A DNA stretch of 64,000 nucleotides from Dehalococcoidia bacterium (GTDB lineage Bacteria; Chloroflexota; Dehalococcoidia; SZUA-161; SpSt-899). The stretch lies in the NCBI GenBank assembly GCA_046545575.1, contig JBKGZM010000003.1:5118-69117 (forward strand). The letters run 5' to 3'. Below the pieces are notes generated by a model. The model saw nothing but the letters and a program-made list of their open reading frames with translations. It was not told the origin of the DNA and did no database searches. Each line of letters starts with the position of its first letter. Within the stretch, counting starts at the first letter, position 1. Below are positions 49,919 to 62,274 of this stretch, in pieces. The position numbers were made by a program, and so were the translations under genes.

Positions 49919-50964
49919 TAGATAAAAACGAATTCAAACCAGGAGGCCTGCCTACTGCTATCGGCAGCATGCCCCATACAGACCCCGAGGCAGCGCTTTC
50001 TCTTATCCTGGATACCTTGCCAGATTTACCCGTGTGGCCACAGCTCCCTCAGCGATCACACCTTGAAAACATGTATGTCCAGTACAGCGAGGGGCTCCCC
50101 GGTGTGGTTCTGACAGATCAGAAAATCTACATCGACCGCTCAGCCGATATCTTCACTTCCAGGGAAATGGAAGACCTTTACACCGCATATATGGAAAATA
50201 AGGGCGATGATTACGCTATCAGCCCTGAGTATGCGGCAGGACTAAGGCTTTTCCTCGAACGGAAACTGGACTCGGCTCTTGCCGTCAAAGGCCAGGTAAC
50301 CGGGCCAATCAGTTTCGGGCTGGTAGTCACCGACCAGGAACGCCGCCCTACGCTCTACGATGAGGTCCTTGCCGATGCAATAGCCAAGCATCTGAGATTG
50401 AAAGCCGTCTGGCAGGAAAGCGAACTCGCCAGGGTATCGCCCAATACTATCATATTTCTCGATGAACCTTATCTCGCCTCACTGGGATCGGCCTTTGTAG
50501 CCCTTTCATCCGATATGGTGGTCAACCTGACCAATGAAGCGCTTGGCGGCATCAGCGGACTCAAGGGCATGCACTGTTGCGGAAACACGGACTGGTCCGT
50601 GTTGATGAGCACCGACATCGATATCCTCAGCTTCGATGCTTACAACTACGGACACTCGCTGACACTGTACCCGGACGCAGTCCAGGCCTTTCTCGACCGA
50701 GGCGGCGTGATCGCCTGGGGCATTGTGCCCAATGAAGAGTCCCCTCTTGATGAGGAAACCACGGATTCCCTCATCAAGAAGCTCGATAACCTTATGAGTT
50801 TGCTTTCGGATAAGGGCGTTCGGTATGATATACTGTTAGAGCGTTGTCTTATTACCCCGTCCTGCGGATTGGGATCATCTTCCCCGGAGACCGCGGCCAA
50901 AGCACTCCAGTTAACAGCCGAAGTTTCCAGGGAATTCAGGCGCTCACACGATCTTGAGAAGTAG
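49915..50964 (+). CDS. MetE-like (cobalamin-independent methionine synthase C-terminal barrel / UROD superfamily) putative zinc-dependent methyltransferase
   Basis: 349 aa. AIGSMPH near the N-terminus, DEPYL, MHCCGN (H-x-C) and TPSCGLG (distal Cys), as in MetE-type Zn sites. ATGA overlap with mtnP. Confidence 0.55.
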   Translation: MIDKNEFKPGGLPTAIGSMPHTDPEAALSLILDTLPDLPVWPQLPQRSHLENMYVQYSEGLPGVVLTDQKIYIDRSADIFTSREMEDLYTAYMENKGDDYAISPEYAAGLRLFLERKLDSALAVKGQVTGPISFGLVVTDQERRPTLYDEVLADAIAKHLRLKAVWQESELARVSPNTIIFLDEPYLASLGSAFVALSSDMVVNLTNEALGGISGLKGMHCCGNTDWSVLMSTDIDILSFDAYNYGHSLTLYPDAVQAFLDRGGVIAWGIVPNEESPLDEETTDSLIKKLDNLMSLLSDKGVRYDILLERCLITPSCGLGSSSPETAAKALQLTAEVSREFRRSHDLEK

Positions 50965-51007
50965 AAAAGCAATCTATTTGCAATTCTGAGGAAGGCGGAT
51001 ACCTGTC

Positions 51008-51115
51008 ATGAATAAAGCCAAGAAAGATGCTTGGAGAAAGCATCGCCAGAAGAGGAAGAAGCTTAAAGAAAAACAGAAGGCCGAGCAGGCTACCACAGCG
51101 CAAGGCGAGGGATAG
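51008..51115 (+). CDS. possible 35-aa highly basic peptide (MNKAKKDAWRKHRQKRKKLKEKQKAEQATTAQGEG)
   Basis: Below the ORF-track size cutoff. Read directly from the sequence. It ends 4 nt before the next gene. The weak GAGGAAGG is about 12 nt upstream. Confidence 0.25.
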   Translation: MNKAKKDAWRKHRQKRKKLKEKQKAEQATTAQGEG

Positions 51116-51119
51116 TTAA

Positions 51120-52148
51120 ATGGCTCAGCTTCCGCCACTGATACAGGCGCTCCTCAATGAAGAAACCTATCCGGAGAAGCCCGAGCGCGTCGATCTGGTT
51201 CAGACTCAGATGTCCTTCGTCTTCCTCCTTGGCAAACTTGTCTATAAGATCAAGAAACCCGTGAATTTCGGTTTTCTCGATTTCAGCACCCTGGAAAAAC
51301 GCCACCATTATTGCCAGCAGGAGGTGATGCTCAACAGACGCCTCAATCCGGAGATGTACCTCGGCGTTGTTGAGATATCACAGAATGGGGATGATTTTTC
51401 AATGGATGGATCTGGGGAGATCGTTGAATACGCCGTCAAGATGCAACAGATTCCCCTTGAACGAACGCTCGACAGGCTCCTTGCCAGGGACGAGGTAACG
51501 CCGGAAATGCTCGACAGGGTAGCACAAAAACTGGTGAATTTCCACCAGCAATCGGAGTCGACCCCGGAAATCTCCAAATACGGGGATGTCACTGCCATAA
51601 CCCGGAACACCGATGAGAACTTCTCTCAAACACAGCAATATATAGGCAGGTCTCTGTCGCAGCAAACCTATAACACGATAAAGACATACACGGAGAATTT
51701 CCTGAGAAACGAGGATCAGTTATTTAGGCACAGAGTCGAGGAAGGCAGGATCAAGGACTGCCACGGGGACCTGCACTCAGCACACATCTGCTTCGGCGAG
51801 AAAGTATATATCTTCGATTGTATTGAGTTCAACGACCGCTTCAGGTACTCAGATGTGGCAAGTGAGATTGCATTTCTAGCCATGGACCTCGATTTCCATG
51901 GCCATCCTGACCTGGGCAAACATTTCGTCGATGCCTACGTTAAGGCTTCTGGAGACCAAGAACTATTGCAACTTCTGGACTTCTACAAATGCTACCGTGC
52001 CTACGTGCGTGGAAAAGTAGAGAGCTTCAAGCTCGATGACCCTCACATTTCAGATGATGAAAAACAAGAGACATTGGGCATTGCCAGTAGATACTTCACG
52101 CTGGCGGAGTCGTATGCATCAGCATATATCGATGAAAAAGTGAGGTGA
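51120..52148 (+). CDS. aminoglycoside phosphotransferase-like (protein-kinase-fold) family protein
   Basis: 342 aa. VYKIKKP lysine motif, catalytic-loop CHGDLHSAHI and Mg-binding IFDCIEF, matching the APH/ChoK fold. Confidence 0.7.
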   Translation: MAQLPPLIQALLNEETYPEKPERVDLVQTQMSFVFLLGKLVYKIKKPVNFGFLDFSTLEKRHHYCQQEVMLNRRLNPEMYLGVVEISQNGDDFSMDGSGEIVEYAVKMQQIPLERTLDRLLARDEVTPEMLDRVAQKLVNFHQQSESTPEISKYGDVTAITRNTDENFSQTQQYIGRSLSQQTYNTIKTYTENFLRNEDQLFRHRVEEGRIKDCHGDLHSAHICFGEKVYIFDCIEFNDRFRYSDVASEIAFLAMDLDFHGHPDLGKHFVDAYVKASGDQELLQLLDFYKCYRAYVRGKVESFKLDDPHISDDEKQETLGIASRYFTLAESYASAYIDEKVR

Positions 52149-52151
52149 CCC

Positions 52152-52754
52152 TTGAGAGAGCCATTTGCCAAATTCATCGAGTCAGAGCTAAGTCCGGATG
52201 CCCTTCTGATCACCTGCGGCCTTCCCGCAAGTTTTAAAACGGAGACAGCGGAAGAGGTCACCAAAATCAAGGGCTACTCCATGATAAGGACTGACATCGT
52301 CAGACTTGAGGTATTGAAGGGCGAAGACATCTTTGACGAGAAGGTCGCTTCAGACATGGAGAAACGTGAAAAGGTTTACAACGAGGTATTCCGGCGTGCA
52401 GGAGAAACCCTTGCCAAAGGCCAGGGAGTGATCCTCGACGCCACCTTCATTAAGCAATCACTGCGGAGACGGGCCGCTGAGATAGCCGCCATGAACAATC
52501 GACTATTCGTAATCATGCAGACATCCTCCCCGGAGGAAATCTCCCTTGCCCGCATAAAAAAGCGCACCAGGGAAAACTACGAGTCGAACGCTCTGACTGA
52601 ACAGGCGTACATGAATAATAAAGCCAAATTTGAGGAAGTCGACCTTAGCGAGCTGAAGGAGCAGTATCCAAACCTCGATATCCTTCATTTCGTAGTAGAT
52701 ACCCAATATGACCAACCGGAGTATTGGCACGTCATCGAGGTAAACAGGGGATGA
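52152..52754 (+). CDS. AAA_33/zeta-toxin-like P-loop kinase homolog with a degenerate Walker A
   Basis: 200 aa, TTG start 3 nt after the upstream stop. It has CGLPASFKT where GxxGxGKS/T is expected. The rest resembles small nucleotide/sugar kinases (VILDATF). Confidence 0.55.
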   Translation: MREPFAKFIESELSPDALLITCGLPASFKTETAEEVTKIKGYSMIRTDIVRLEVLKGEDIFDEKVASDMEKREKVYNEVFRRAGETLAKGQGVILDATFIKQSLRRRAAEIAAMNNRLFVIMQTSSPEEISLARIKKRTRENYESNALTEQAYMNNKAKFEEVDLSELKEQYPNLDILHFVVDTQYDQPEYWHVIEVNRG

Positions 52755-53629
52755 AAATTGATCTCCATATCCACACCAAAACCTGTTCCGACGGGGCTCT
52801 CCCCATTGAGGAGGTGTTCAAGGAGGCAAAAGCCCGCGGCATTGACTTTATGTCAACTACTGACCATGATTCAATCGAGTGCCAGGATCAAGCCATCGAG
52901 CTGGCAAAAGAGTACCAGATATCCTATATCACCGGAGTGGAACTGAACGTCACCTTCCAGTACGGAGACGAGTCCGTCTCCCTGGACTTCCTGGGCTACC
53001 AGTATGATAAGGACAATAAAGAGCTCAAGGAGAAGCTTCACAATATCGCGAAGTACAGAGTAAAAAGAGCACGCCGGATCATGGATAATTTAAACGCCGA
53101 ATTCGACAAAGAAGGTCTTCGAAGGTTCACCGACGAGGACATGCAGAAGATACAGGAAAACGTAGAAGGTACATTCGGCAGGCCTCACATTGCTAATTAC
53201 CTGATCGAACAGGGTATCGTCAAGGACAAACAGGAGGCTTTCGATAAATACCTGGTTAAGTGCAATGTTCCCAAATATCCACTTTCGCTTGAGGAAGCGT
53301 CGAAATTGATCAGAAACGCCGGCGGCGTCCTCGTCCATGCCCATCCTGCCGATCCCAAGGGAATATCGTTGATTGAGATAACCCGCAATTTACACGAGCA
53401 AACCAGGATAATCGAAGAACAAATGCTGGACTACATTGATGGAGTTGAATGCTGGCACTCCAGCTACGATGAAAAAATAACTCGACACTACATCGAATTT
53501 GCAAGGAAACACGGACTCCTCGTGACCGGCGGCAGTGACTGCCATCAGAAGCCGATCATTATGGGCACAATGCAAATCCCTGACTGGGTAGCCGCGCAGT
53601 TTAGTGCCCGCCAGAGAAAAACCAGCTAA
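52751..53629 (+). CDS. PHP-domain phosphoesterase (TrpH/YciV-like)
   Basis: The ORF is open from 52724. ATG 52751 (MKIDLHIHTKTCSDG) makes an ATGA overlap with the upstream gene. PHP metal motifs HIHT, TDHD, HAHP and GGSDCH. Confidence 0.8.
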   Translation: MKIDLHIHTKTCSDGALPIEEVFKEAKARGIDFMSTTDHDSIECQDQAIELAKEYQISYITGVELNVTFQYGDESVSLDFLGYQYDKDNKELKEKLHNIAKYRVKRARRIMDNLNAEFDKEGLRRFTDEDMQKIQENVEGTFGRPHIANYLIEQGIVKDKQEAFDKYLVKCNVPKYPLSLEEASKLIRNAGGVLVHAHPADPKGISLIEITRNLHEQTRIIEEQMLDYIDGVECWHSSYDEKITRHYIEFARKHGLLVTGGSDCHQKPIIMGTMQIPDWVAAQFSARQRKTS

Positions 53630-53679
53630 TATCCAACTTAACAGCAAGCGACTAATCAACTATTGACCGAGGGCAAATA

Positions 53680-55852
<2,173 letters not shown>

Positions 55853-55871
55853 CCAGACAGGAAGGTGCAAA

Positions 55872-56159
55872 ATGGCACTAAGTCGCGAGGAAGTAAAGCA
55901 CATTGCGCTTTTGGCCCGGCTGGGCCTGGATGAAGAGGAAGTGGAGAAATACACTGCTCAACTATCTCACATACTGGAGAACTTCGAGATACTCCAGGAG
56001 GTTGATACAACCGATGTCGAGCCTACCGCGCACATCATGCAGGTAGGGAATGTAGTGCGGGAAGACCAGCCATCTCCTTCACTATCCCAGGAAGAGGTCC
56101 TGGCCAATGCACCACAGAGGGAAGATAATTTCTTCAGAACAAAGCCTGTACTTGAGTAA
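55872..56159 (+). CDS. gatC: Asp-tRNA(Asn)/Glu-tRNA(Gln) amidotransferase subunit C
   Basis: 95 aa starting at [17 protein letters not shown], with GGAAGG upstream. The ORF is open from 55827. Confidence 0.9.
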   Translation: MALSREEVKHIALLARLGLDEEEVEKYTAQLSHILENFEILQEVDTTDVEPTAHIMQVGNVVREDQPSPSLSQEEVLANAPQREDNFFRTKPVLE

Positions 56160-56176
56160 TCAGCAGGAGGGCATTC

Positions 56177-57646
56177 TTGAATCTATATGATCTCAGCATC
56201 CACGAGGCGCACAATCTCCTGAAATCCCGGGAGATCTCGTCAGTAGAGCTTACCAAATCCGCACTCGAGAGAATCAAACAGGTAGACGGAGACCTGAACG
56301 CATTTGTAACCGTCACCGAGAATCTGGCCTTGAGCCAGGCCCAAAAGGCTGACGAACGATTGCAGAACGGTGATGCTACTCCTCTAACGGGGATACCAGC
56401 TGTTATCAAGGACAACATGTGCACGAAAGACATACGCACGACATGCTCCTCCAAAATCCTTGAGAATTTTGTGCCTCCCTACGATGCCATGGTAATGGAG
56501 AAGCTGAATCCGCACGACATCGTGATGGTAGGCAAAGCGAACATGGACGAGTTTGCCATGGGGTCATCCAACGAGCACTCGGCATTCAGTCCCACTCATA
56601 ATCCCTGGAACCTGGAAATGGTCCCTGGGGGATCGAGCGGAGGGCCGGCAGCAGCAGTAGCATCTGGTGAGGCTGTTTATGCCCTGGGCTCGGATACAGG
56701 AGGAAGCATCCGACTGCCTGCTGGATTCTGCAATGTCGTGGGGCTCAAGCCAACCTATGGGAGAGTCAGTCGCTACGGGCTCGTTGCCTTCGCTAGCTCA
56801 CTCGACCAGATCGGACCAGTAACCGGAGACGTTACCGATGCCGCTCTGGTCCTGAACGCCATTGCTGGCCACGACCCGCGCGACTCCACATCCATCCCGC
56901 AAGCTGTTCCAGACTACACACAGTCGCTCACGGAAGATATCAAGGGCCTCCGTTTGGGGGTTCCCAAAGAATACTTCGCCACAGGAACAGACAAAGGAGT
57001 AGAGGAAGCGATGCGGGCCGCCATCTCGAAGTTGGAGGAACTGGGAGCGCACGTAGAGGAAACCTCCCTTCCCAGCACGAGATACGCGCTGGCAGTCTAC
57101 TACATAATCGCTCCTTCAGAGGCATCAGCCAACCTGGCCCGTTATGACGGGGTCAAGTACGGCTTCTCAGCACACGATGCTGACAGCATGTGGGAGGCGA
57201 TGGAAAAAACGCGGCAGTACGGATTTGGTCCTGAGGTAAAGCGCCGTATCATGCTGGGAACATATGCGCTCTCGGCCGGCTACTACGATGCCTACTACCT
57301 CAAAGCCCAGAAGGTCCGGACGCTGATAAGACAGGAATTTTCCGAAGCCTTTGAGAAATTCGATGCGCTGATTGCCCCCACCTGCCCCACCCCACCCTTC
57401 AAGATCGGGGAGAGGATCGACGATCCCGTCCAGATGTATCTGACCGATGTCTGCACGCTTCCCATAAGCATCGCTGGCGTACCTGGGATATCAGTCCCGG
57501 CGGGATTCTCCCACGGATTGCCAGTGGGAATGCAGATCGTGGGCAAGCCGCTGGCTGAGGAAACGCTTCTCAGGATCGCATACACATTCGAGCAAAGCAC
57601 GGAGTGGCACAAGAGGAAACCGCCTTTGGAACAGAAGGTTTCGTAA
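56177..57646 (+). CDS. gatA: Asp-tRNA(Asn)/Glu-tRNA(Gln) amidotransferase subunit A
   Basis: 489 aa. TTG start with AGGAGG 6 nt upstream. Amidase signature [12 protein letters not shown]...GSDTGGSIR. Confidence 0.95.
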   Translation: MNLYDLSIHEAHNLLKSREISSVELTKSALERIKQVDGDLNAFVTVTENLALSQAQKADERLQNGDATPLTGIPAVIKDNMCTKDIRTTCSSKILENFVPPYDAMVMEKLNPHDIVMVGKANMDEFAMGSSNEHSAFSPTHNPWNLEMVPGGSSGGPAAAVASGEAVYALGSDTGGSIRLPAGFCNVVGLKPTYGRVSRYGLVAFASSLDQIGPVTGDVTDAALVLNAIAGHDPRDSTSIPQAVPDYTQSLTEDIKGLRLGVPKEYFATGTDKGVEEAMRAAISKLEELGAHVEETSLPSTRYALAVYYIIAPSEASANLARYDGVKYGFSAHDADSMWEAMEKTRQYGFGPEVKRRIMLGTYALSAGYYDAYYLKAQKVRTLIRQEFSEAFEKFDALIAPTCPTPPFKIGERIDDPVQMYLTDVCTLPISIAGVPGISVPAGFSHGLPVGMQIVGKPLAEETLLRIAYTFEQSTEWHKRKPPLEQKVS

Positions 57647-57654
57647 AATTGAGT

Positions 57655-58230
57655 ATGGAAGATATCAACTCTGGGAAGAACGACTTTGGACTCCTGCAGC
57701 GCGACGACACTGCGTTAGTTGTCATTGATGTTCAGGAGCGGCTATTCCCACATATAGCTCATGGGGAGATGGTAGCTGATAATATAGTTCGCCTGCTCCG
57801 CTTTGCAAAAATCATCGATCTTCCCGTCGTCATGACCGAGCAGCAAAATCTCGGCCCTACCATTCCTCAGATTAAAGAGGCAATACCAGAGCTACCGGTC
57901 ATTACCAAAATCGATTTCAGTGCCTTTAGATGCGATGAATTTATAGAACATTTGGAGAAACTCCGTAAACGAACACTGCTTCTCACGGGAATCGAATCAC
58001 ACATCTGTATAAATCAGACCGCTCTACAGGCTTTGCAGTCACCTTTTCATTTTAGGGTGCACGTCATCGGCGATGCCGTTTCTTCGCGTTCCCTGGATAA
58101 CAAGGATTTCGCATTAGACAGAATGAGACAAAGTGGGGCTGTTATCTCTTCAACCGAGATGGTGATTTATGAATTACTGGAGAGGGCGGGGACGGATGAA
58201 TTTAGAGAAGCACTCAAATTGATCAAGTAA
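57655..58230 (+). CDS. isochorismatase-family hydrolase
   Basis: 191 aa from ATG 57655. ALVVIDVQ and the GIESHICI catalytic Cys motif. Confidence 0.8.
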   Translation: MEDINSGKNDFGLLQRDDTALVVIDVQERLFPHIAHGEMVADNIVRLLRFAKIIDLPVVMTEQQNLGPTIPQIKEAIPELPVITKIDFSAFRCDEFIEHLEKLRKRTLLLTGIESHICINQTALQALQSPFHFRVHVIGDAVSSRSLDNKDFALDRMRQSGAVISSTEMVIYELLERAGTDEFREALKLIK

Positions 58231-58481
58231 TGGCAGCTTTTCAAGAGAGAATGAAAAACTTATCTAGTGTTAAGTGCCACTCAGGCTACACCTACGCCGA
58301 GCGCCTGGAGGCTCTCCCCTGGGAAGGCCAAACCCGACAGGTTGAGAACATCGAGAAGGAATGGCGGGAACCTGGGGAGAAGCACTTCTACGTGCGCACC
58401 GAAGATGATAAGCGCTTCCATGTATGCTATGATGAATTACGGGATAACTGGGTGGTCGAACCGATAAGCTGCTTATGCTGA
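58230..58481 (+). CDS. hypothetical protein (83 aa), translationally coupled to the isochorismatase-like gene
   Basis: TAATG stop/start overlap at 58228..58232. No family recognised. Confidence 0.5.
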   Translation: MAAFQERMKNLSSVKCHSGYTYAERLEALPWEGQTRQVENIEKEWREPGEKHFYVRTEDDKRFHVCYDELRDNWVVEPISCLC

Positions 58482-58549
58482 GCTTTTTGAATCATAAGCG
58501 GAAGTTCCTTCGATAGCATCAGAATATCGCTGAAAAAGAAGGGGCAAAA

Positions 58550-59029
58550 ATGGAAGAGATTCTAAAGATACTCGAGCAAGATGCCCGAACAAGTCCTGAG
58601 CAAATCGCGACCATGCTCGGGAGATCGGTTGACGAGGTAAATGAGGCCATCAAGCAAGCTGAGGAAAGCCGCACCATTGTCAAATACAAGACGATGGTAA
58701 ACTGGGAAAAGACGGGGAAAGAAGAGGTCCATGCCCTCATTGAGGTCACGGTCCAGCCTCAGCGTGAGGTCGGTTTTGACGCCATTGCCGAGCGAATTTA
58801 CCGCTTCCCCGAGGCCAAGTCGGTGTATCTCATCTCTGGCACCTACGACCTTGCTGTACTGGTGGTAGCCAGGACGATGCAGGAAGTAGCAAATTTTGTG
58901 TCGCAGAAGCTGTCCACTCTGGATTCGGTGCAGGGAACGGTGACCCACTTTCTCCTCAAACGTTATAAGGAGGATGGGGAAATCCTCGAGGATGGCGAAG
59001 GACCGAAGCGGGAACCTCTAACCCTTTGA
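58550..59029 (+). CDS. Lrp/AsnC family transcriptional regulator
   Basis: 159 aa. HTH_AsnC N-terminus (ILKILEQDARTSPEQIATMLGRS) and a RAM/AsnC_trans_reg C-terminal domain. Confidence 0.85.
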   Translation: MEEILKILEQDARTSPEQIATMLGRSVDEVNEAIKQAEESRTIVKYKTMVNWEKTGKEEVHALIEVTVQPQREVGFDAIAERIYRFPEAKSVYLISGTYDLAVLVVARTMQEVANFVSQKLSTLDSVQGTVTHFLLKRYKEDGEILEDGEGPKREPLTL

Positions 59030-59134
59030 GCGGGCCACTCAACCATCATCAACCAGCCGAAGCCCAGCCGGCTCCAAATTTATAATTTTTGGTTTTTGAT
59101 CTTTGATTTTCAATAGATCCCAATATAATGATTT

Positions 59135-59887
59135 ATGAAGCGAGATCACACAGCTATGGAAACCACTGAAAAGCCTGTCGAATTTGAAAGCAGATGGATC
59201 AGGGTCGGAGAGGCCAACATCCACTATCTGGTAGGTGGTGAAGGCACACCTCTGGTGCTCCTTCACGGTAGCGGTGGTGGAGCGGAGAACGAGTGGGGGC
59301 CCAACCTGGAAATTATGGCGCGTAACTTCCGGATCTATGCGCCGGACTTGGTAGGCTTCGGTAAAAGCGATAAGCCCACGACAAATTACAACCAAAGGTT
59401 CTTGAAGGATTTCTTCACTGAGTTTGTGGAAGCAATGGGCTTGGAACGCATAAATCTTATGGGACACTCGTTGGGTGGAGGCGTTGCTCTGGCATTCGCC
59501 TTTGATCATCCGGGAAAGGTGGAAAATCTTGTCCTGGTAGGCAGCTCAGGGCTCAGCACGAAAACGGGCTTCCTCGGCAAGTTGCTCATACCTCTTTTCG
59601 GCTTGTACGCGAAGTTGGCGGGGAATCATTCCTTTGCCTCAATAGTTGAGCGCGGAGACGACAGTGAGGCATGGGAGATATTTATGGACAGACTGCCGGA
59701 ATTGATAACACCTACACTGCTCCTGTGGGGAGAACGGGATGGATACATGCCCGTGAAACTGGCTCACCAGGCCCATGAGCGCCTTCCGAACTCACGGCTT
59801 CATGTGTTCGAGAAGTGCTGGCACGCGCCTCAGAGAGCACGGACCGAGGAATTCAACAGTTTAGTCCTGAATTTTCTGAAGGAGTAA
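59135..59887 (+). CDS. alpha/beta hydrolase
   Basis: 250 aa. HG oxyanion motif (LLHGSGGG), nucleophile elbow GHSLGG and a C-terminal His (CWHAPQ). Confidence 0.85.
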   Translation: MKRDHTAMETTEKPVEFESRWIRVGEANIHYLVGGEGTPLVLLHGSGGGAENEWGPNLEIMARNFRIYAPDLVGFGKSDKPTTNYNQRFLKDFFTEFVEAMGLERINLMGHSLGGGVALAFAFDHPGKVENLVLVGSSGLSTKTGFLGKLLIPLFGLYAKLAGNHSFASIVERGDDSEAWEIFMDRLPELITPTLLLWGERDGYMPVKLAHQAHERLPNSRLHVFEKCWHAPQRARTEEFNSLVLNFLKE

Positions 59888-59888
59888 T

Positions 59889-60353
59889 ATGCTTATTGGC
59901 GTTATCGGCGGAGGTAACTGTTCATCGGAAGGAGCCCGGATGGCGGAGGCGGTCGGACATGAACTGGCAAAGAATGGTGCTACGCTGGTGTGCGGGGGGC
60001 TGGGAGGGGTTATGGAGGCTGCCTGCAAGGGAGCCAAAGAAGCCGGAGGACTGACCATTGGCATCCTACCGGGCAATGATAAAACGAGCGCAAATCCCTA
60101 TGTGGATATCCCAATCGTAACTGGGATGGGGGAAATGCGCAACGTGATTATCATAAAATCGGTACAGGCGGCCATTGCCATTGAAGGCGAGTTCGGTACC
60201 CTATCCGAGATCGCTCATTGTTTTAAGTGGGGAGTCCCCGTTGTCGGACTCAACACCTGGGAGTTTTCAAGGCAAGGTCAGGTATTGGGTTCAGTGATTA
60301 AAGCTAGCAGTCCGCAGGACGCCGTGGAGAAGGCACTGGCTACGATTAACTAA
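59889..60353 (+). CDS. TIGR00725-type SLOG (LOG/DprA-like Rossmann) family protein
   Basis: 154 aa. VIGGG..., CGGLGGVMEAACKGAKEAGGLTIGILP and EGEFGTLSE motifs. The start is 1 nt after the hydrolase stop. Confidence 0.75.
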   Translation: MLIGVIGGGNCSSEGARMAEAVGHELAKNGATLVCGGLGGVMEAACKGAKEAGGLTIGILPGNDKTSANPYVDIPIVTGMGEMRNVIIIKSVQAAIAIEGEFGTLSEIAHCFKWGVPVVGLNTWEFSRQGQVLGSVIKASSPQDAVEKALATIN

Positions 60354-60369
60354 GTTAACTAGGTAACAA

Positions 60370-60930
60370 ATGTCAGAGGAACAGAACCAAAAAACCATCA
60401 GCGGCGAGGTAGTTTCCCACCTGAGAGATATCTGGATGCAGAGAATATCCAGAGCAAACGAAAAACTACGCACCCTTTTGCTTTCCTTCAGTATTTTTAT
60501 GACTTTCTTCGTGTTTACATTTAGTAATCTTGCCAATAACAGTCCAAAGGGAGAGTTGGACTTATTAAGAGGATGGCTCGGCGGTTCTCTTTTACTTTTT
60601 CTACTCTCGCTCTCTGCTTTCGCGGTGGGCTTACTTAAAGAGGAACCCCAACAGTTTGAAGAACTTCATTCTCGCATAGTTGATAATGCTGACAAGGTTA
60701 ATGAATGCGAAAAGCACAAAGCCGAGGAAGAAGCAAAAGACTGCTTTCGCCACAAACAGACTTTGGCTATCGTGGGGACCCTTTTTTTGCTACTCGCGTT
60801 GATTACGTTAGCTGTTCCCTTCTTAACGCAGCTGTACGATCTTTCACCAATATCCCCGATTGCAACAATGTCTGTTATATTCGTCCTAGTGATGATATTC
60901 ATCATCAGAAAACGAGGAAAGACTTCATGA
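60370..60930 (+). CDS. hypothetical membrane protein (4 predicted TM helices)
   Basis: 186 aa. Hydrophobic segments lie around residues 35-55, 70-90, 135-155 and 162-180, with a charged loop with 2 Cys between TM2 and TM3. The DNA looks lower in G+C by eye. Confidence 0.55.
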   Translation: MSEEQNQKTISGEVVSHLRDIWMQRISRANEKLRTLLLSFSIFMTFFVFTFSNLANNSPKGELDLLRGWLGGSLLLFLLSLSAFAVGLLKEEPQQFEELHSRIVDNADKVNECEKHKAEEEAKDCFRHKQTLAIVGTLFLLLALITLAVPFLTQLYDLSPISPIATMSVIFVLVMIFIIRKRGKTS

Positions 60931-62271
<1,341 letters not shown>

Positions 62272-62274
62272 GGT

